From contig CM060731.1 of NCBI GenBank assembly GCA_030704615.1, forward strand, positions 4,712,001 to 4,776,000: DNA of 64,000 nt, in the 5' to 3' direction. Origin of the DNA: Takakia lepidozioides. Taxonomy: Eukaryota > Plantae > Bryophyta. Under the pieces are notes generated by a model. The model had not been told where the DNA came from. It was given only the letters and a program-made list of their open reading frames with translations, and made no database searches. Each line of letters starts with the position of its first letter. Position 1 is the first letter of the stretch. Of this stretch, positions 61,585 to 64,000 are shown piece by piece. A program made the translations under genes and the position numbers.

Positions 61585-64000
61585 GTGCCACCAGCTGCTG
61601 AGGGGAGTGCCGGTACAAGCACCAGCGATACTAGTGGGTACACAAGACAAGGTGTGCGGTTTAGGCCACTTTCACCTTCAGTGTCTTCTGAGGAAGGTTC
61701 AGACTCGGAGTCAGGAGGATTCTCGCCGAGGGTGCAAGTCATTTCCGTGCCATTGTTGTGGGACACGGTGGAGGAGATGTATGGAGCTACCAAGGGGCCA
61801 CGTAGGTACTCTGGAGCTGTGGGCACCATCGAGCTTGATGACTTTATACAAGAGTTTGACAGTTGGTGTGATTTGCAGCAAATGCGCAATCCACAACTGT
61901 TTACGCCCTTTATGGCGTGGAAGGGGCTATTCCAGCACCTTGAGGGGCCGCCCATGGATGATTACCATGAATTTAGGCGGGGACATGCGGTGGAGATTGA
62001 GGAGTGGCGAGAGTATTGGTCACCTAACTATGTCTCAATCACTAGAGGCACAAGGGCAGCGGTGACACCAGCAGCTACACAAACATCTCCAACTACAAGC
62101 ACTAGTAGTGGAACAAGTAGTGCCGGCACTTCTGCAGGTGGTACCAGTTCAAAAGGTGCTACTACTCCTCCTGCCACAATTACAACACATGTGCCTAGAT
62201 TCAACCCAGTGGTGGAGTTCTTCCAGGAGTTGTGGAGGAACTACCAAGGTGTACGGACAGAGAAGCTGCAAAGTTTGCAAGACTTCCAGCGCAAATCGAG
62301 TGAGAGCTTGCGAGAGGCCTACACTCGTATGAGGCGCTTGATAAGTGTGACCCAAGGGGTTACTGAAGCTCAGGCAGTCCAGTTCTGGTATGGAATTTTG
62401 GACAAGGAGCTCAAGAGAAGGGTGCGGGATGCAACCCTGTTACAAGCGGCCCAACCCACATTAGCGGATGTGTTTCTGCTGGCTGAGCGGATTGAGCTCA
62501 ATATGGTGGAGGAGCGAGTTGTTACCATTGGATTTGGCAAGGACATGCCTGCACGAGGTGCAGCTGCCAGCCAATAGGTACAAGGGACTGCCCAACAGCG
62601 TGGTCAGGGGGGCAAGGTTGCCCAACCCAAGTTCCATGGAGCTTACAGGGGACCTCAGGTGCAGAGGCCCGTGGCATCTTTTGCAGGCCAACAGCAACCA
62701 GGGGTGATATGTTGGACATGTGGAGGACCCCATGTCAAGAGAGATTGGCAGAAGGCCGGCACAAGCACAGCCTGCACAGTTGCAGTGTGGGCATTGTGAC
62801 AAGTATGGGCATGGAGATGCCCAGTGTTATGACTTGCACCCTGAGTTGCGCCCAGGCCAGTTCTAAGGGAACAATGGTGACCGGGGGCGAGGTGGTCGGG
62901 CACGAGGTGCAGGCCAAGGGCAAGCTCAACATGGCCAAGGACGCGGAGGTCAGGGTGTTGACCAAGACATGGCCAACCGGCTTCAGCAGCTAGAGCAAAG
63001 GCTCGCTGCCATGGCTACAGCTCAGGTGGTACTGGCTCCCAGGCGGGATGGTCCACCTCTTGCTCCTGAGGGAGGAGATGTGGGAGGCATGGGATTCATG
63101 TGCGGAGCAGCACTACCACTAGTGCAGGTGGAGTCTACTACAGCTGTGACTCGAGGAGCAGCACGAGTTCCTGAGCCATGAGGTGCAGAGGTGGAATTGG
63201 ATCCACAGCGTGGGGAGGCAAGCCGTCGGGCAAGGCTTCCTCAGTCATTCACATTGGCGGAGATAGTGTCGACGCCATCCATGGCACCTAGTTCTCGCCC
63301 GACTGTTACCGAGGCGGAGGTTACTATGCCATTGGGGAGAGCTACACGTGCAGCACTGACACCTGCTACCAAGGCTAGTGCAGCCGGTGTGTTATTGGGG
63401 GCAGCCACCTATGTGTGTCAAGCCCCACTGTTCTCGGCAACCATGATTGCGACGCCGGGGGTAAGACCAGCTGCAGTGTTCAAACTAGCAGCAACACTCT
63501 GCGAGAGTGGGGAGGTCACTTCATCTTCTGCGGAGTTACTGGAAGGTGTAGTGGCAGAGGGATCCTCGGATTTGAGGGTCAAGACTGCCAGGGCTGCGCC
63601 ATGGCAAGCTGCAACTGCCAGATTGACGGAGCTGCCAACTAGGCCAGCCTTTGAGCGCGCCATGGTGACACCTGGAGTTGTCTTGTGAGACAACCAGGGA
63701 GGCATTTTCACTTTGAGTGGACCGGCAGGCAAGAAGTACCGGCCACTGCGGGTCTTGTTGGACTCAGGAGCTCAGCCACTGATGTTGGGCAGAGCTGTTA
63801 TTGCAGATTTGGGCCTCATGGAGGCGGATATGGAGCTTTGTCCTTTCCAGATACAGACATCTCTAGGAGGATCAGAGCAGGCTCGGGGCATGACACGGCG
63901 TGAGTTGGCCATTGGACTACAACCAGATCATCCTGTAGATGGCTCAATGATGCGAGCCAAGGCCATTGTGACAGACGCGGTCTCTTACAATGTCCTTGTT
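61585..64000 (+). pseudogene. Gypsy gag-pol, disrupted
   Basis: Gag ESLREAYTRMRRL; knuckles CWTCGGPH and CGHCDKYGHGDAQC; protease LLDSGAQP near 63760; stops at 62575, 63179 and 63686. Confidence 0.85.

Larger units (their letters stand above)
58646..64000 (+). mobile_element. Ty3/Gypsy LTR retrotransposon, 5' part, runs off the window
   Basis: Abrupt compositional switch at TGTCATGG; long LTR/leader; gag, zinc knuckles and protease downstream; LTR 3' boundary and PBS not resolved. Confidence 0.85.

Overview
Eukaryotic nuclear DNA from a seed-free land plant. The lineage is inferred from a VNS-type NAC gene, PLS-class PPR remnants and the basal-body gene LRRCC1/VFL1, which is retained in plants with flagellated sperm. 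1-20 kb is a nested transposon pile: a CACTA element with a disabled transposase and internal tandem repeats, a 5'-truncated LINE, a second CACTA end in the same orientation followed by PPR and NIF/FCP1-like remnants, and a half-deleted Copia. 20-23 kb is an unexplained GC-rich segment with two tRNA-Gly-like Pol III heads. Two host genes converge tail to tail: a 3-exon VNS NAC gene (+, 26171-27701) and an LRRCC1-like gene of at least 18 exons (-, 54104 to ~28711). Its introns hold a full-length single-ORF RTEX-like LINE with a 16-bp TSD and a 9-kb chain of co-oriented LINE 3' ends, many ending in a conserved, covarying RNA stem-loop plus a (CATTT)n tail. The window ends with a MITE, a Myb/SANT transposon remnant, a degenerate LINE and a Gypsy element. 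All calls are by eye; no database search was run.
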